Source of the DNA: the human T2T-CHM13v2.0 reference genome, Homo sapiens
Assembly: GCF_009914755.1 (NCBI RefSeq)
Contig: NC_060935.1
DNA length: 64,000 nt
Reading direction: 5' to 3' (one strand)
Under the pieces are notes generated by a model. That model was not told where the DNA came from and made no database searches. It saw only the letters and a list, made by a program, of their open reading frames with translations. Shown here piece after piece: positions 30,508 to 43,448 of this stretch. How positions within the stretch are numbered: the first letter of the stretch is position 1; the number at the start of each line of letters is the position of its first letter. The position numbers and the translations under genes are program-made.

Positions 30508-30900
30508 CTAAGTGAAGGGAAAGAGAGGCTGGGATGAAGGGTGCAAAGCAATAGTAAAGAAAGCATATTTGAGATCCAGAACAGAATAATGGGTTGTAGG
30601 AGGAGGTATTGAGGGTTGGAGAGTATATGGGTTTGGCACCACGGGGTGGATAGGCAAAACAATTTGGTTGATAAGGCGCAGATCCTGAACTAACCTGTAA
30701 GCCTTGTCTGGTTTTAGGACAGGTAAAATGGGGGAACGGTAAGGAGAGTTTATAGGTTTTAGAAGCCCGTGCTGTAGCAGGCGAGTGATAACAGGCTTTA
30801 ATCCTTTTAAAGCGTGCTGTGGGATAGGATATTGGCGTTGAGTGGGGTAAGGGTGATTAGGTTTTAATGAGATGGTAAGGGGTGCGTGATCAGTCGCCAA
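30508..30900 (-). pseudogene. pol: HERV-H pol remnant, N-terminal reverse transcriptase
   Basis: QYPIPQHALKGLKPVI...PILPVLKPDKAYRLVQDLRLIN...YSVLDLKYAFF, then a stop codon. Confidence 0.9.
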
Positions 30901-30918
30901 GGAGGGAGTAGAGATCTC

Positions 30919-31260
30919 TTATACTTGTGGGTTAAGTTGGGGGAATACAAGAGGAGGACACATAGGAGGCTTTGGATTGGGAAGAAGGGCAGCAATGAGA
31001 TGTAGCTGTAGTCCAGGAATAGTCAGGGAAGCAGATAATTTGGTTAAAATATCTCGGCCTAATAAGGGAACTGGGCAGGTGGGGATAACTAAAAAAGAGT
31101 GCTTAAAAGAGTATTGTCTAAGTTGGCACCAGAGTTGGGGAGTTTTAAGAGGTTTAGAAGCCTGGCCGTCAATACCCACAACAGTTATGGAGGCAAGGGA
31201 AACAGGCCCTTGAAAAGAAGGTAATGTGGAGTGGGTAGCCTCCGTATTGATTAAGAAGGG
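30919..31260 (-). pseudogene. pro: HERV-H protease remnant
   Basis: FLVIPTCPVPLLGRDILTKL C-terminal retroviral protease motif. Confidence 0.85.
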
Positions 31261-31387
31261 GACGGACTTCCCTCCACTGTGAGAGTTACTCGAAGCTCGG
31301 CGTCCGTGATGGTCTAGGGGGCTTCCGAGGCGATCGGGCAGTGTCAGTCTTCAGCCGCTAAGCCGAGAAGATCTGGGAAGGAGTCAG

Positions 31388-32300
31388 TCAGAGAACCTTG
31401 GGCCAGAGTTCCAGGGGCTCTGGGAGTGGCTTCCAGGTGAGTTGAACAGTCTGATTTTCAGTGGGGTCCCGCACAGATGGGATGCGGCTTAGGAGGAATC
31501 CCAGGCTGCGGGCATTCCTTGGCCCAGTGGCCAGATTTCCGCACATGTAGCAAGCTCCTGGGGGAGGAGGTTCTGGAGGAACGCCTGGCCGCTGCGGTTC
31601 AGGCGTTTGGAAGTTCTTGTGTGCTGGAGATGTGGCTGGGGTTTGTCTCACAGTGGAGGCAAGGAATTGCAGCTTTTTTCTGTTATTGTACACCTTGAAG
31701 GCGAGGTTAATTAAATCCTGTTGTGGGGTTTGAGGGCTGGAATTTAATTTTTGGAGTTTTATTTAATGTCGGGAGCAGATTGGGTAATAAAGTGTATATT
31801 GAGAATAAGACGGCCTCTTGACCTTTTAGGGTCTAGGGCTGTAAAGCGTCTCAGGGTTGCTGCCAAACTAGCCATGAACTGGGCTGGGTTTTTATATTTG
31901 ATGAAAAAGAGCCTAAACGCTATCTGATTTGGGATAAAGAAAAAGGAGCATTCACCTTGACTATGCCTTTAGCTCCAGCCACCGTTTTAAGAGTAAATTG
32001 CTGGGCAGGTGGGGGAGGGCTAGTCACGGAATGAAACTGTAAGCGGGACCGAGTGTGAGGAGGGGAGGCGATAAAAGGATTATGGGGTGGAGGAGCCGAG
32101 GCTGAGGAAGAATTGGGACCTGGCTCGGCCTGGCGAGGAGGGAAGAGGTCAGATGGGTCTGTAGAAAAGGAAGATTAGAAAGACTCAGCAACACTTGGGG
32201 TTGGGACTGAGGGGACAGGCAGGAGGGAAAGAAGGAAGATTTGGGACGAGTTGCACTGGGCACAGAGACTAGGAAGGGACTGATGTGTAAAAGAATGCCT
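31388..32300 (-). pseudogene. gag: HERV-H gag remnant with frameshifted zinc knuckle
   Basis: PPEPPPPGACYMC... followed out of frame by GHWAKEC (GGCCACTGGGCCAAGGAATGC). Confidence 0.75.
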
Positions 32301-33101
32301 GGACGTCAGGCACCTCAGACCGTTTGCCTATTTTACGACAAGAATTATTTAGATCTTGCAGGATGGAAAAATTGAAAGTGCCATTTTCTGGCTATTTGGA
32401 ACTACTGTCAAGTTTGTATTGGGGTCAAGTGGCATTGCAGAAGAAAATAAGGCATTTAGGTTTTAGGTCAGGTGTGAGTTGAGAGGTTTTAAGTTTTTGA
32501 GAACAGAGGCTAAGGGAGAAGAAGGAGGAATGGAGGGTGGAAGCTTGCCCATAGTGAAGGAGGCAAGCCCAGAGAAAAGAGTAGAGACACGGAGTAGGGG
32601 TGGGGGGTTCTTTCCCTCCAGAAAAGCAGAGAAGGGGTTGGGGCACGGAAATAAGGGATTGGGGCGCAGAGATAAGAGGTTGGGGTGTGGAAATAAGTGA
32701 TTGGGGGGTTCTTGCCCCCTAGGAAAGCGGGACTTGCCGCTGAGGGTGAAGGAGAAGGGGTTGAGGGGTACTTGCCCCTGCCCCAGGAAAGCGGGACTTG
32801 CCACTAAGGATGAAGGACCGAGGCAGGCATCCCTGCATGGTCTGACACCCTTGAAACGTGAGTGTATAATCAGAGAGGCGTCCCTACAATGATTAAACAC
32901 CAAGGGAAGGCTGCCTTCCCAGTCCGTGACCGGCGCCGGAGTTTTGGGTTCACGGATAAAACATGTCTCTTTTGTCTCTACGAGAAAATGAAAGGAATTG
33001 AAATTAAGAGAAGGGAGAGATTGAAGTGTGGCACCAAGATTGAAAGGAGAAAGAGGTTGAGGGATAGCGAGGGAGGTTGGAGAAGAGAGTAAAAAGAGGC
33101 C

Positions 33102-33110
33102 GCTTACCGG
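33102..33110 (-). promoter_or_regulatory. HERV-H major splice donor (CCG|GTAAGC)
   Basis: Minus strand AATTTCAAATCCG|GTAAGCGG, about 125 nt downstream of the PBS. Confidence 0.85.
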
Positions 33111-33233
33111 ATTTGAAATTGGTGAGATGTTTCTTGGGCTGGTCAGTCTGAGGACCTGAGGTCATAGGTGGATCTTTCTCACGGAGCAAAGAGCAGGAGG
33201 ACAGGGGATTGATCTCCCAAGGGAGGTCCCCCG

Positions 33234-33251
33234 ATCCGAGTCACGGCACCA
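33234..33251 (-). other. Primer binding site for tRNA-His
   Basis: Minus strand TGGTGCCGTGACTCGGAT. Confidence 0.95.
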
Positions 33252-33253
33252 AA

Positions 33254-33404
33254 TTTCATGCGCGTCCGTGTGACGAGACCACCAAACAGGCTTTGTGTGA
33301 GCAATAAAGCTTTTATTTCACCTGGGTGCAGGTGGGCTGAGTCCGAAAAGAGAGTCAGCAAAGGGAGATAAGGGTGGGGCCGTTTTATAGGATTCGGGAC
33401 CAAA
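33254..33404 (-). repeat. Extra partial LTR7 copy (TATA-R-U5) with a PBS stub, between the 5' LTR and the true PBS
   Basis: Minus strand: LTR end ATGAAA-TTTGGT-CCCGAATCCTATAAAACGGCCCC...GCATGAAA-TTTGGTGCCG. Confidence 0.95.
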
Positions 33405-33845
33405 TTTCATATGCGTCCGTGTGAAGAGACCACCAAACAGGCTTTGTGTGACCAATAAAGCTGTTTATTTCACCTGGGTGCAGGTGGGCTGAGTCCGAAA
33501 AGAGAGTCAGCGAAGGGAGATAGGGGTGGGGCCGTTTTATAGGATTTGGGAAGGTAATGGAAAATTACAGTCAAAGGGGGTTGTTCTCTGGTGGGCAGGG
33601 GTGGATCTCACAAAGTACATCCTCAAGAGTGGGGAGAATTACAAAGAACCTTCTTAAGGGTGGGAGAGATTACAAAGTACATTGATCAGTTAGGGTGGGG
33701 CAGGAACAAATCACAATGGTGGAATGTCATCAGTTAAGGCTGTTTTTACTTCTTTTGTGGATCTTCAGTTACTTCAGGCCATCTGGATGTATACGTGCAA
33801 GTCACAGGGGATGCGATGGCCTGGCCTGGGCTCAGAGGCCTGACA
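33405..33845 (-). promoter_or_regulatory. HERV-H 5' LTR (LTR7, LTR7up-like) promoter
   Basis: 441 bp; TATA (CCTATAAAA, about 33535-33543); SOX-like ACAAAAGAAG at 33749-33758; several CCCCACCC/CTGCCCCACCC KLF-type boxes. Confidence 0.93.
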
Positions 33846-33967
33846 GTGGGGGACTGTTAATGGAAACTGGCAATCTTGAAGGGTTGAATAGAAGCGGGCA
33901 GAGCCTGAGGAACGCTGACTATCTGGCCCTCGGGCACTCTTTTCCCTTGGCTACAGCAGACAGAAAT

Positions 33968-34016
33968 ACACACACACGCACACACGCACGTGTGTGCGTG
34001 TGTGTGTGTGTGTGTA
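33968..34016. repeat. Inverted (CA)n/(TG)n microsatellite
   Basis: ACACACACACGCACACAC-GCAC-GTGTGTGCGTGTGTGTGT: 18-bp perfect arms. Confidence 0.95.
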
Positions 34017-34384
34017 TGCAATCATATATATATGATGTGTTGGATCACGACTTATTGAGAGAACAGATCTATCAACTGAAAAACAAGAAGAAATCACATT
34101 AAATCTATATGCTACATGATCTTAAAGGGAAACAGAGTGGAACCAAAGCACATAAGGTACACTTTATACCATATATCTCATTTTATATCTTTTATATAAA
34201 ACATTTATATCTTATATACATTACATATCTTAGATCATACCAATCAACCTCAAAATTGGGTGTAATTCTGACAGAAATAGAAAGTATGTTCATCGACCAT
34301 TTCTCTTTTCGTGATTTCCAGTACAGATTGCGGACATAAAATTTTTCAAGACTATTACTGGAAATACATTTAAGGTGATATCTT

Positions 34385-34905
34385 AGTTGTTACTCTGTGT
34401 TCACTTCCACGTTTGTGTCCCCTGACCCACCCCATCCCACCAATAGATAATTCAGATGACAACTGGCTTGGTGGCATAGAGGGGGGCTGGTGAGGGAAAA
34501 CGTAATGGAAGTGTGGTTGTGTTTGGGCATGGAGATGTGCTGCAGTGAGGGAGGACTCAGGCCCTCGGTGCTGGGAGTCTTATAGACACTGACAGCCATT
34601 AGCAGTCAGCCTCTGAGAGAGCTGCCTTGCCCAGCTCTCCAGGGTCACCATTCTGAGGGCGGACTACAGCCAGTGACTGCTTGAGGTGGAAGTACGAAAG
34701 CCAAGCTATTTGGCCAATGCAGCCCAATCTGAGGAGCCATTTGCTTTGGAGGAGCTCCCTGTGGAGTCGGTGAGGCTGCATCACCTGCATTGAGTCCAGC
34801 TTCTTCCTCTTCCTTCCAAAGGTGTGGGTCTCAGAGGTGTTCCCTGTTTAAAATCCGAACCTTAAACTCTTAGGCTCTGCTTCTTGGAGAACTCCAACTG
34901 CCACA
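34385..34905 (+). mobile_element. Old ERVL-class LTR (LTR16-like)
   Basis: 3' end CTCTGCTTCTTGGAGAACTCCAACTGCCACA resembles ERVL LTR termini. Confidence 0.5.
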
Positions 34906-34930
34906 GCTGGATCTAGCTATGTTTTCTTTT

Positions 34931-35123
34931 GGAGCAGAGGTCTGTAAACTGTTCTGCAAAGGGCCACAGGGTAAATATTTTAGGCCTTGCAGTCCTACTC
35001 TGTCTTTGTAGCATGAAAGCAACCATAGACAATGTGTAAATGAATGAGCACAGTGTTCCAATAAAACTTTATTTACAAAAATAATTGGTGGGCTGGATTT
35101 GACCTGTGGGTGGAGTTTGCCAG
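34931..35123 (+). mobile_element. MER58A DNA transposon
   Basis: AAAGGGCCACAGGGTAAATATTTTTAGGC...TGTTCCAATAAAACTTTATTTACAAAA...GGGCTGGATTTGACC. Confidence 0.85.
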
Positions 35124-36603
35124 AGAGTTACTGGTTACTAAGAATTACTGATTAATTTCAGAGAACGGCAGAATTCTGAACAATTCCTGATTAATTTCTT
35201 CATGCTCAATTTTGCATAAATTACAGAGCAGCTCATTATTATGCACGATGAGTGCTGAATGCTGGATAAAGCCAGTAAGACACACTCTTAACAGAGCTAA
35301 CAGCCCACAAATACAGTTTCAGCATAAGACAAATGTATGATCTAATACTGGAAGACACTTTTAGAAGTTGTCTTCTGCCCTGGGCAGAGTTACTTCCCTT
35401 TGGCCACATTGGCATGCACTTCCTAGGACCCATGGAGATGGAGAAAGAGGGCTCCCAAGGGGGAGAATGAAGGCTGGAAATGGACATTATTGAGCAACAC
35501 TGAGGGCCCAGGGCTCTGCCAGGACCTTTGCATATGCTATGCACTTAATTCTCACAACACTGTGGGTATTCTCATCCCCATTTTGCAGATAGGGAGAGTC
35601 TCATCTCAGAGAAGGTAAGGGCCATGTCTTTCTTGGTTTGCAAAGCACATACACCGTGGCATTGATTTCAAACCCAGATGTGTCTGACTCTAAAGCCCGG
35701 GCCTTTTCACGAATGCAGGCTGACCTGTCAGGCTCTGGGCTTCGAATTGCATGTAGTTCTTTAAACTCTGGTTGTTTCTGCCTGAGAGGGCTTGGCAAAG
35801 GAGTTGGACCCTGGACCAGTTCCTGTGGCTATGTTCCTGGGGGTCACTGGAGGCTTAGTTTCCACATTTTTGCCATCGGCCAGCTCTGGGCTGTGGCATC
35901 TGATGAGCTGAGTGTTTTTGGTCTGCGTGCCTGGCCTCATGGTGCTGGCTGTGGTGAATTTAACTTTTCAGCTCTTGCACTGGACTGGGAATGAGCAGGT
36001 GAAAACTCATTCCCAGTCCAGTGCAAAAGCTGGAAAGGTGTGGTGGGGGCTCAGCACCAAGCGCCGTCACCTTCCTTCTGTCAGGCAGCTGTCATCGCCC
36101 CCACAGGCCTTTTCTTCACAGCCTGTTGTCAGGAGGCTGGCCAACTCCTTGGGAAGGTGAAAGAGGAAACTGGGAGGCTGAGAGCTGGAGGGAATGGTGC
36201 CATCCCTATTCTCTCTTTTCTGGGATCTGATGGACATGGCACCGCTCTGACACCTGGAGACCTGGCTGTAGCCCAGGCTCAGTGCACATCCGTGTGGCCC
36301 TGGGTGAGTCCTGTAATATCTTGGAATTGCTCATCTTACCCGTGTGAGAAGGATAAACGTTGTTGCTTGCTGCCTACTGCACAGTGCAGTTGTTAAGGAT
36401 CGACTTGAGCGCCGCGTGAAAGAAAGCCCTGGGAAGAAGCAGGACACAGTCCAGTGTCTTCACATCAGTGTAGATGGATGGAAAGCAGAGTTCTGGGCCA
36501 CTCCAGACTTCCTCATTCAGGAGATCCAGGGTAGGGCCTGGGAATTTGCATTTCCTCGTGCTTCAAGGCTCCTTTTCAAATTTCTTTTCCATAAAGCCTT
36601 CTT

Positions 36604-37468
<865 letters not shown>

Positions 37469-38094
37469 ATAAAGACTTCTTCAAGCACTATAGTTCTAGC
37501 TGCTCTCTCTCCCCTGAACTGGGATCCCCAACTGGAATGTCCCCTCAGTTGTATTTTTGTGTAATGGCATTTATGAAGAACACAGCGGTGGCAGCCTGGG
37601 GTGCTCTGTGAGGCAGGATGCTGGAGCCATATCCTGGCCCAGGGCAGAGCACTAGCACTTATTCATGTACCTGTGGACAGGGAGGTGGTGGCATGCATAG
37701 CAGATATTCGCCATCCCTGACTCAGAGACTTCACATGCTCTACTGTATTTCCCATGTGCTGGGCTTGTCTTTCCAATAAAACTATACACTTCTTAATGAC
37801 AAGGACAATGTCTTTTACTGCTGTATTTTCTAATAAAACTTGGCCTTGAGCAAATCACTCTGAGTTCTGAAGTGTCCTCTTCAATTTCAGTTCTTAGGAC
37901 TAGCACAGTGGTGCCAGGGTATAGCATGGCCGCAAATATTCTTTGTTCAATCAAATAATAATAATTTTCAATTATTTCTTCAAGTTTTGTGTTGGTCATA
38001 AAGTAATGACCATAAATACGATGCACTTTTAAGTACATTTAATCTGCATATTAACACTTTCCTCATTAGTTTCTTAAGTCCAGGCAATCAACAA

Positions 38095-38432
38095 ACCAAC
38101 ACACCAGGCCTTGATTTGCAGCATCTGCTGATTTCTGTGGTGTAAATACCCCCACCCTGGCCAATTTCAAGCCAATGATGTGATGCCACTGAATACAGAG
38201 TTAGGAAGAGAGGTACAGTAGCTCACCATTATACAGTGTTTCCACCAGGCAGATACACTAGACGTAAATAACCTCAAAGCACAAATCATTGAAAAATACT
38301 TGATGAGTTTTGGGTACTTATTATGTTTGTTTTTAATATAATTCATTTGATTGTAAGTTTACATAATTTGATTATTAATAATGGCTGTTTATAGCACCTG
38401 GCTTGGGTAATTCCTGAACCTTTAACAATTGG
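38095..38432. mobile_element. MER63-like hAT DNA transposon
   Basis: TGCTGATTTCTGTGGTGTAAATACCCCCACCCTGGCCAATTTCAAGC...GACGTAAATAACCTCAAAGCA. Confidence 0.65.
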
Positions 38433-38444
38433 TATGATTTGCAG

Positions 38445-38890
38445 AAACTAGGACTTTTTTGGTTGCAGGTAATACAAGCTTAGCCTAAACTGGTCTAAGC
38501 CAAGAGGGATTATTTTATGTTACAAAGTTTAATGCATATAGAAGGGTAGGAGAGGTCTGGCTTCATGTCATGTGTCATTAGGACCTATTCTCTCTCTCTC
38601 GGGTTTTCTGTCCTCTGCATGGTGTCAGATGCCTGCCCCAGCTTAGGACTTCTTGTCCTCCCAGGCTTCAGTCTGGCAGAGAAGGAGCAGGTGCTTGGTC
38701 TCATTGCCTGTCATCATGTTCATATTTGTCCCTGAACTAGGTGCCTTGGCCAGGAAAGTGCAAGGCTCTCCTTGGCAAGACTCACTCTGACAGCTAGGGT
38801 AGACTCAGTTTCACCCCATGCACCTGGTCTGAGAGTGGAGAGGGGCTGATTACTAGAACGGTGAATGGATATGGACAGCAAAGCAAATGT
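38445..38890 (-). mobile_element. Old MaLR LTR (MLT1J/K-like)
   Basis: AGGACTTTTTGGTTGCAGGTAA...AAACTGGTCTAAGC opening typical of old MLT1. Confidence 0.55.
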
Positions 38891-41080
38891 CTATTGTAAG
38901 ATCTCTCTCTCTGGACAGGGGAATAGCTTTCTGGCTTAGACGGTTTTGGTATCAGGGAAGCCTTTACGGGAATATGGCTGGATCATTCATTTTGTGCAAC
39001 AAGGGAAAGAGAGATGAAGGAAGGATGAAAGATTAGAGGTAGCCACAGTCCGAGTACCTCTGTGATCCGGGGTCTTGCCCCGCTCCAAGGAGAATGGCAA
39101 GACACTTCAGGCACAAAGCACTGCTGGGAATTTTGAGTCTCAGGGTTCAAAATGTGGCTTCTTGGGTAAGCAGCTTGTGCCCAGGAATGGGAGCTCTAAG
39201 AAAGGAATATCTTTGCTGGAGAGGACCTTACTAAAACCAAGAGCGTCTTGCTGAGGTTTGGTGTGAGTTTTGGACTTGCCAGTCATCACTTCACCACTAA
39301 AGATCTGCCATCTTTAGGTCAAAAGAAAGCTCTTAAACTTGGTAGGTGAAGAATTCTGCAGGTGTCTAGAGAAGTGAAGTGTGAACTGGAGGGTCACAGG
39401 CCAATGTCTCCACTAGGAAATTGTGAAAGAAGAGAAAAGAGCTGGGGTTAGCAGTGGGCAAATATTGCCACAGCATTTTATATAAACTTCTGAGGAGGTG
39501 AAGGAGAGAGAAGCGTTGAATGCAACCAGATGGTGGTTTATCTGTTCCAGACCAATGACTGGGTCCTCAGGGTCAGGCAGGGCCATGGGTGAAGGAGAGA
39601 ATGCCAGGCGTCCTGTCCAGCAGCAATTTCAGGATTCTCCCTGTCCTCAGAGGTTGAGAAGATGTTGACCTTGTGTCAATCCTTGTGCAGCAGAGTAGGG
39701 TCAAGAAGAACCCTCCATAGGAACGTTGGCTATGTGACATGGAGAGAATCTCCTGTACATGCTGGGCCCTGTGCCAGCTGTTTTCACACACATCCCCTCA
39801 ATTACTCTTCAGAGCAGTCAATCATCCTCTGTTTGCAGAAGAGGAAACCGAGGCTCGGAGCCCATGGATCCATAGCTGGTGAGTGCCAGAACTAGACCAC
39901 AGCCCAGATCTTTCTGATGTCAGTGTCATGTCAATTTCTACCACCACTACTGGCGCTGCAGGTGCAGTCGCCATTGGTTGGGCACTAATCCTGCGTGCAG
40001 CCATCAGCAGCTATTCTTGGGTGGGGCTGTGTCTTGTTCACAGTCACATTCCCCAGGGACTACTGGCAAAAGTTGAAAAAATACGTGATTACGTATACTT
40101 TTCTCAGTAACTCTCAGAGTAGGCATTTAAAAAATGCCTACTTAGAGACTAGGAAACTGATCCTCAGGGGATTTAGATAACTTTTCTTACCGCTCACAGA
40201 TTGTAATTCAAATCCAGGTCTGTGTGAATTCAAAGCTGGTGATCTTTTCATTACCTGGTGTATCGTCCTCCTTGACTTGCCCTGGTGCTACTCAGTTTGT
40301 CTCCCCCATGGGTAGAGAGTGAGACAGGTGTGGATGGGGAGGGAGTGGTGGTGGGATTTGCATCAGTCTGGGTTTAGAGATAAGCCAAGAGGTAGACCAG
40401 CACGCTGGATTCAGGCCCACTCCTGTGTGGTTGGAGTAGTCCGCTTTATTTTTGATATTTTTTTCTTAAGATTTCATTTTTTTTCCAAATACAGTTTTTT
40501 TGGTTGGTTGTTTTGTTTTGTTTTTTGCCCTCAGGAAGAGACTTTATGTATAGAAAATATTATACAGAGTTTCTTTGGTTTTGGAAAATTAAATGTATTA
40601 AAGTTATACTTTAAAATTCTTATTATTCCAAGTTTAGCAAATGTTGGCAATTACTTTTAAAGGGACCCTTGATTACTAAGTGGGCCTTTTATAGCCATTT
40701 AAATGCCTCTAAGCCTTTTAAACTGCATTTATAAATTGAATATTTTAATCTCATTTTGAAGTCTTTCAATATCTTAACAAAATAAACCTTCCCAACTTCT
40801 TAAGTAACTTAGAAATGCAATAAAATAAACTTACATATGTGATGATTAAGTACTCTTAACTGTTCCAGTACAGTGTATAAACTTAGTAAGATTACACTTA
40901 AATATACAGTAAGTCACACATTTCAAATAGAAATGTTCAATGCAGGTATATTTTTTAATACTCAAAATTCTCTTGAATATTACAAATACTGATACTTCCA
41001 AGTATATACGGGTTCCTTCTTAATGCATAAATATTAATGCTCTAAGTTTGGTTCTCTTAAACATTTCTATTCTTAATTCT

Positions 41081-41439
<359 letters not shown>

Positions 41440-43060
41440 TAATGATGCTATCTCAAGCAATTTGAGAGAATTCAGAGATTTTAGCTGGGATTTTAGCCTG
41501 GATTCTTGTCAGCCCTATTTGTAGCCTACACATCACGAGTGGTCAGCTGTACCGAAAGGCTGTGCACCCTGGCGTGGGTGCAGGGCTGTTTACCTCTGGT
41601 ATGTCTGCTGGGACCTGTGCCATACAGGGTGTTAAGAATTTAGGGCATCCTTTTCTGCTTACTTCCATTTTATATCACCAGGCCCCATCCTGGGCTAGTC
41701 AAGGAAATTCTGCCTTCAACCCAGGCTGCTACATGATTTGACTTTGCTTTCCTTTGTCTACAATGTATTAATTTCTTTCCCATCTAGCTGCAGTGACCTT
41801 TGACATTGATGGAATTCTATCTTCTTTCCATATTCTCCCTGACCAGTAGGACCACACAGCTCATGCCGTTATGAAAATGATATCCAATTGCATCCTGCAA
41901 ATCCCACAGCTTCTGAGTGAAAACTCCTGACTATTTTACAAAGGCTTCTTTTGTTTAAAAAGATGTTTTTAAACATAACACTGACTGGTGGAATCTTCAA
42001 GGCTTAGAAGAATGAACAAATATTTGGGGGGCACCTGCTATGAGCCAAGTACTTTTTATGTCCTCCAACACCCCTTCAAAGTGCTTATTTTTATCCCCAT
42101 ATTCAAATGAGGAAGCAGAGGCCACATGGCAAATATATGGAGGAGCTGGGACGAGATGTTTAAGATTGTTTGCAAAATGCAGCATCCTTCCACCATCCCA
42201 GTTCCCATGGCTTTCAAGAGTTTATTTCCAGGGTCTCTGAACAATGAAGCAGCCTCCTCACATCTTCGCTCTGACTACCAAAACTTTTAATAGAAACCTG
42301 GTAATTCCCAGCAACCACGGGCTCAAAGGCAATAATCTGTTCACTAGGCCCCTTCCCCTAATATTTCTTAAGCCACCAAAAAATCTGGTGAAGATCTCCA
42401 AAGATTTTCATGATAGAAACATGTCCTGGGCAAGCCTAAGAGTTACAGCTACAGCCTTGGGTCCAGGTGCCAAGGTCAGCCTTGCAAAGTTCTAGTCCTG
42501 GCTTCAGCTGAGATCTTTGGGCCTCCTTCCCTCTCCGAGAGGCCCTCCAACAGTTGGAGACACGAGGACTTCCGCCTCCCACTCTCCTCTGCCTTCTCTT
42601 CTGTTTGCCCAGTGAGATCTGCTTCCACTGCCAAGTCCCCATGTGGCTTGTGGCTCACACTTTCCTAGGAAGGGAATGGGAACCGAGGCCTCAAGCTCTG
42701 ACGGCTGGGCCAGGTGGCTGAGTCTCCTTTGCCATGTTCAGGCAGCTGGCTGGCTTCTTTTCATGCACACTCAGTGGTCACCTGAGAAGGAAGTAGAAGT
42801 GTATTTGATGTCTTCATAGAAATTCATTGTCCCCTGTGCTGGGGTGTGGGGGTGGGTCATGCTGGTCATGCTGGCAGAGGGTGGAAGTGTTCCAGCAGAG
42901 CTCCAAGCAGATGGCAGCATTGAGGGGACACCTGATGTGGCTCAATGCCAGCCTGCAGGGCACTGGAGCCACAGCAAAATGATCCCGGCACCGGGGATGG
43001 GTCCTTGATTCCTGTCTTGGTTCTGTCATTGCCTGGCTGCGTGATTTTAAGCTAAGATAT

Positions 43061-43448
43061 TGTCTTAGTCCATTCAGGCTGCTATAACAAAATGCCTTAG
43101 ACTGGATGACTTATGAACAAAGACATTTATTTCTTACAGTTCTAGAGGGTGGGAAGTCCAAGCTCAGGTGCCAGCGGGTTGGGTGTGTGGTGGAGATTTG
43201 CTTTCTGCTTCACAGTCAGTGCCTTCTCTCTGGCTCCCTGGCTCATATATGGAGCCCTCTAGCTATGTCCTCAGATGATGGAAGCAGCACTTTGGGGTCT
43301 CTTTTATAAAGCACTAATCCCATTAATGAGGGCATCACCCTCAAAACCTAATCACCTCCCAAAGGCTCTACATTCTAATACTATCCCATTGGGGATTAAG
43401 TTTCAACATATAAATTTTGGGGGGTACAAAAACATTCAGACCATAACA
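43061..43448 (-). mobile_element. MLT1A-type MaLR solo LTR
   Basis: TGTCTTAGTCCATTCAGGCTGCTATAACAAAATGCC...AACATTCAGACCATAACA. Confidence 0.88.

Larger units (their letters stand above)
28111..33845 (-). mobile_element. HERV-H provirus (common ~5.7-kb deleted form) with LTR7
   Basis: Two 441-bp LTRs, tRNA-His PBS, PPT, gag/pro/pol remnants; perfect 5-bp TSD GTGGG at 28106-28110 and 33846-33850. Confidence 0.97.

Noticed and set aside
32700-32820. Repeated CTTGCCCC..AGGAAAGCGGGACTTGCC blocks in the HERV-H leader, and repeats within U3
   Set aside because: Normal internal repeats of HERV-H/LTR7
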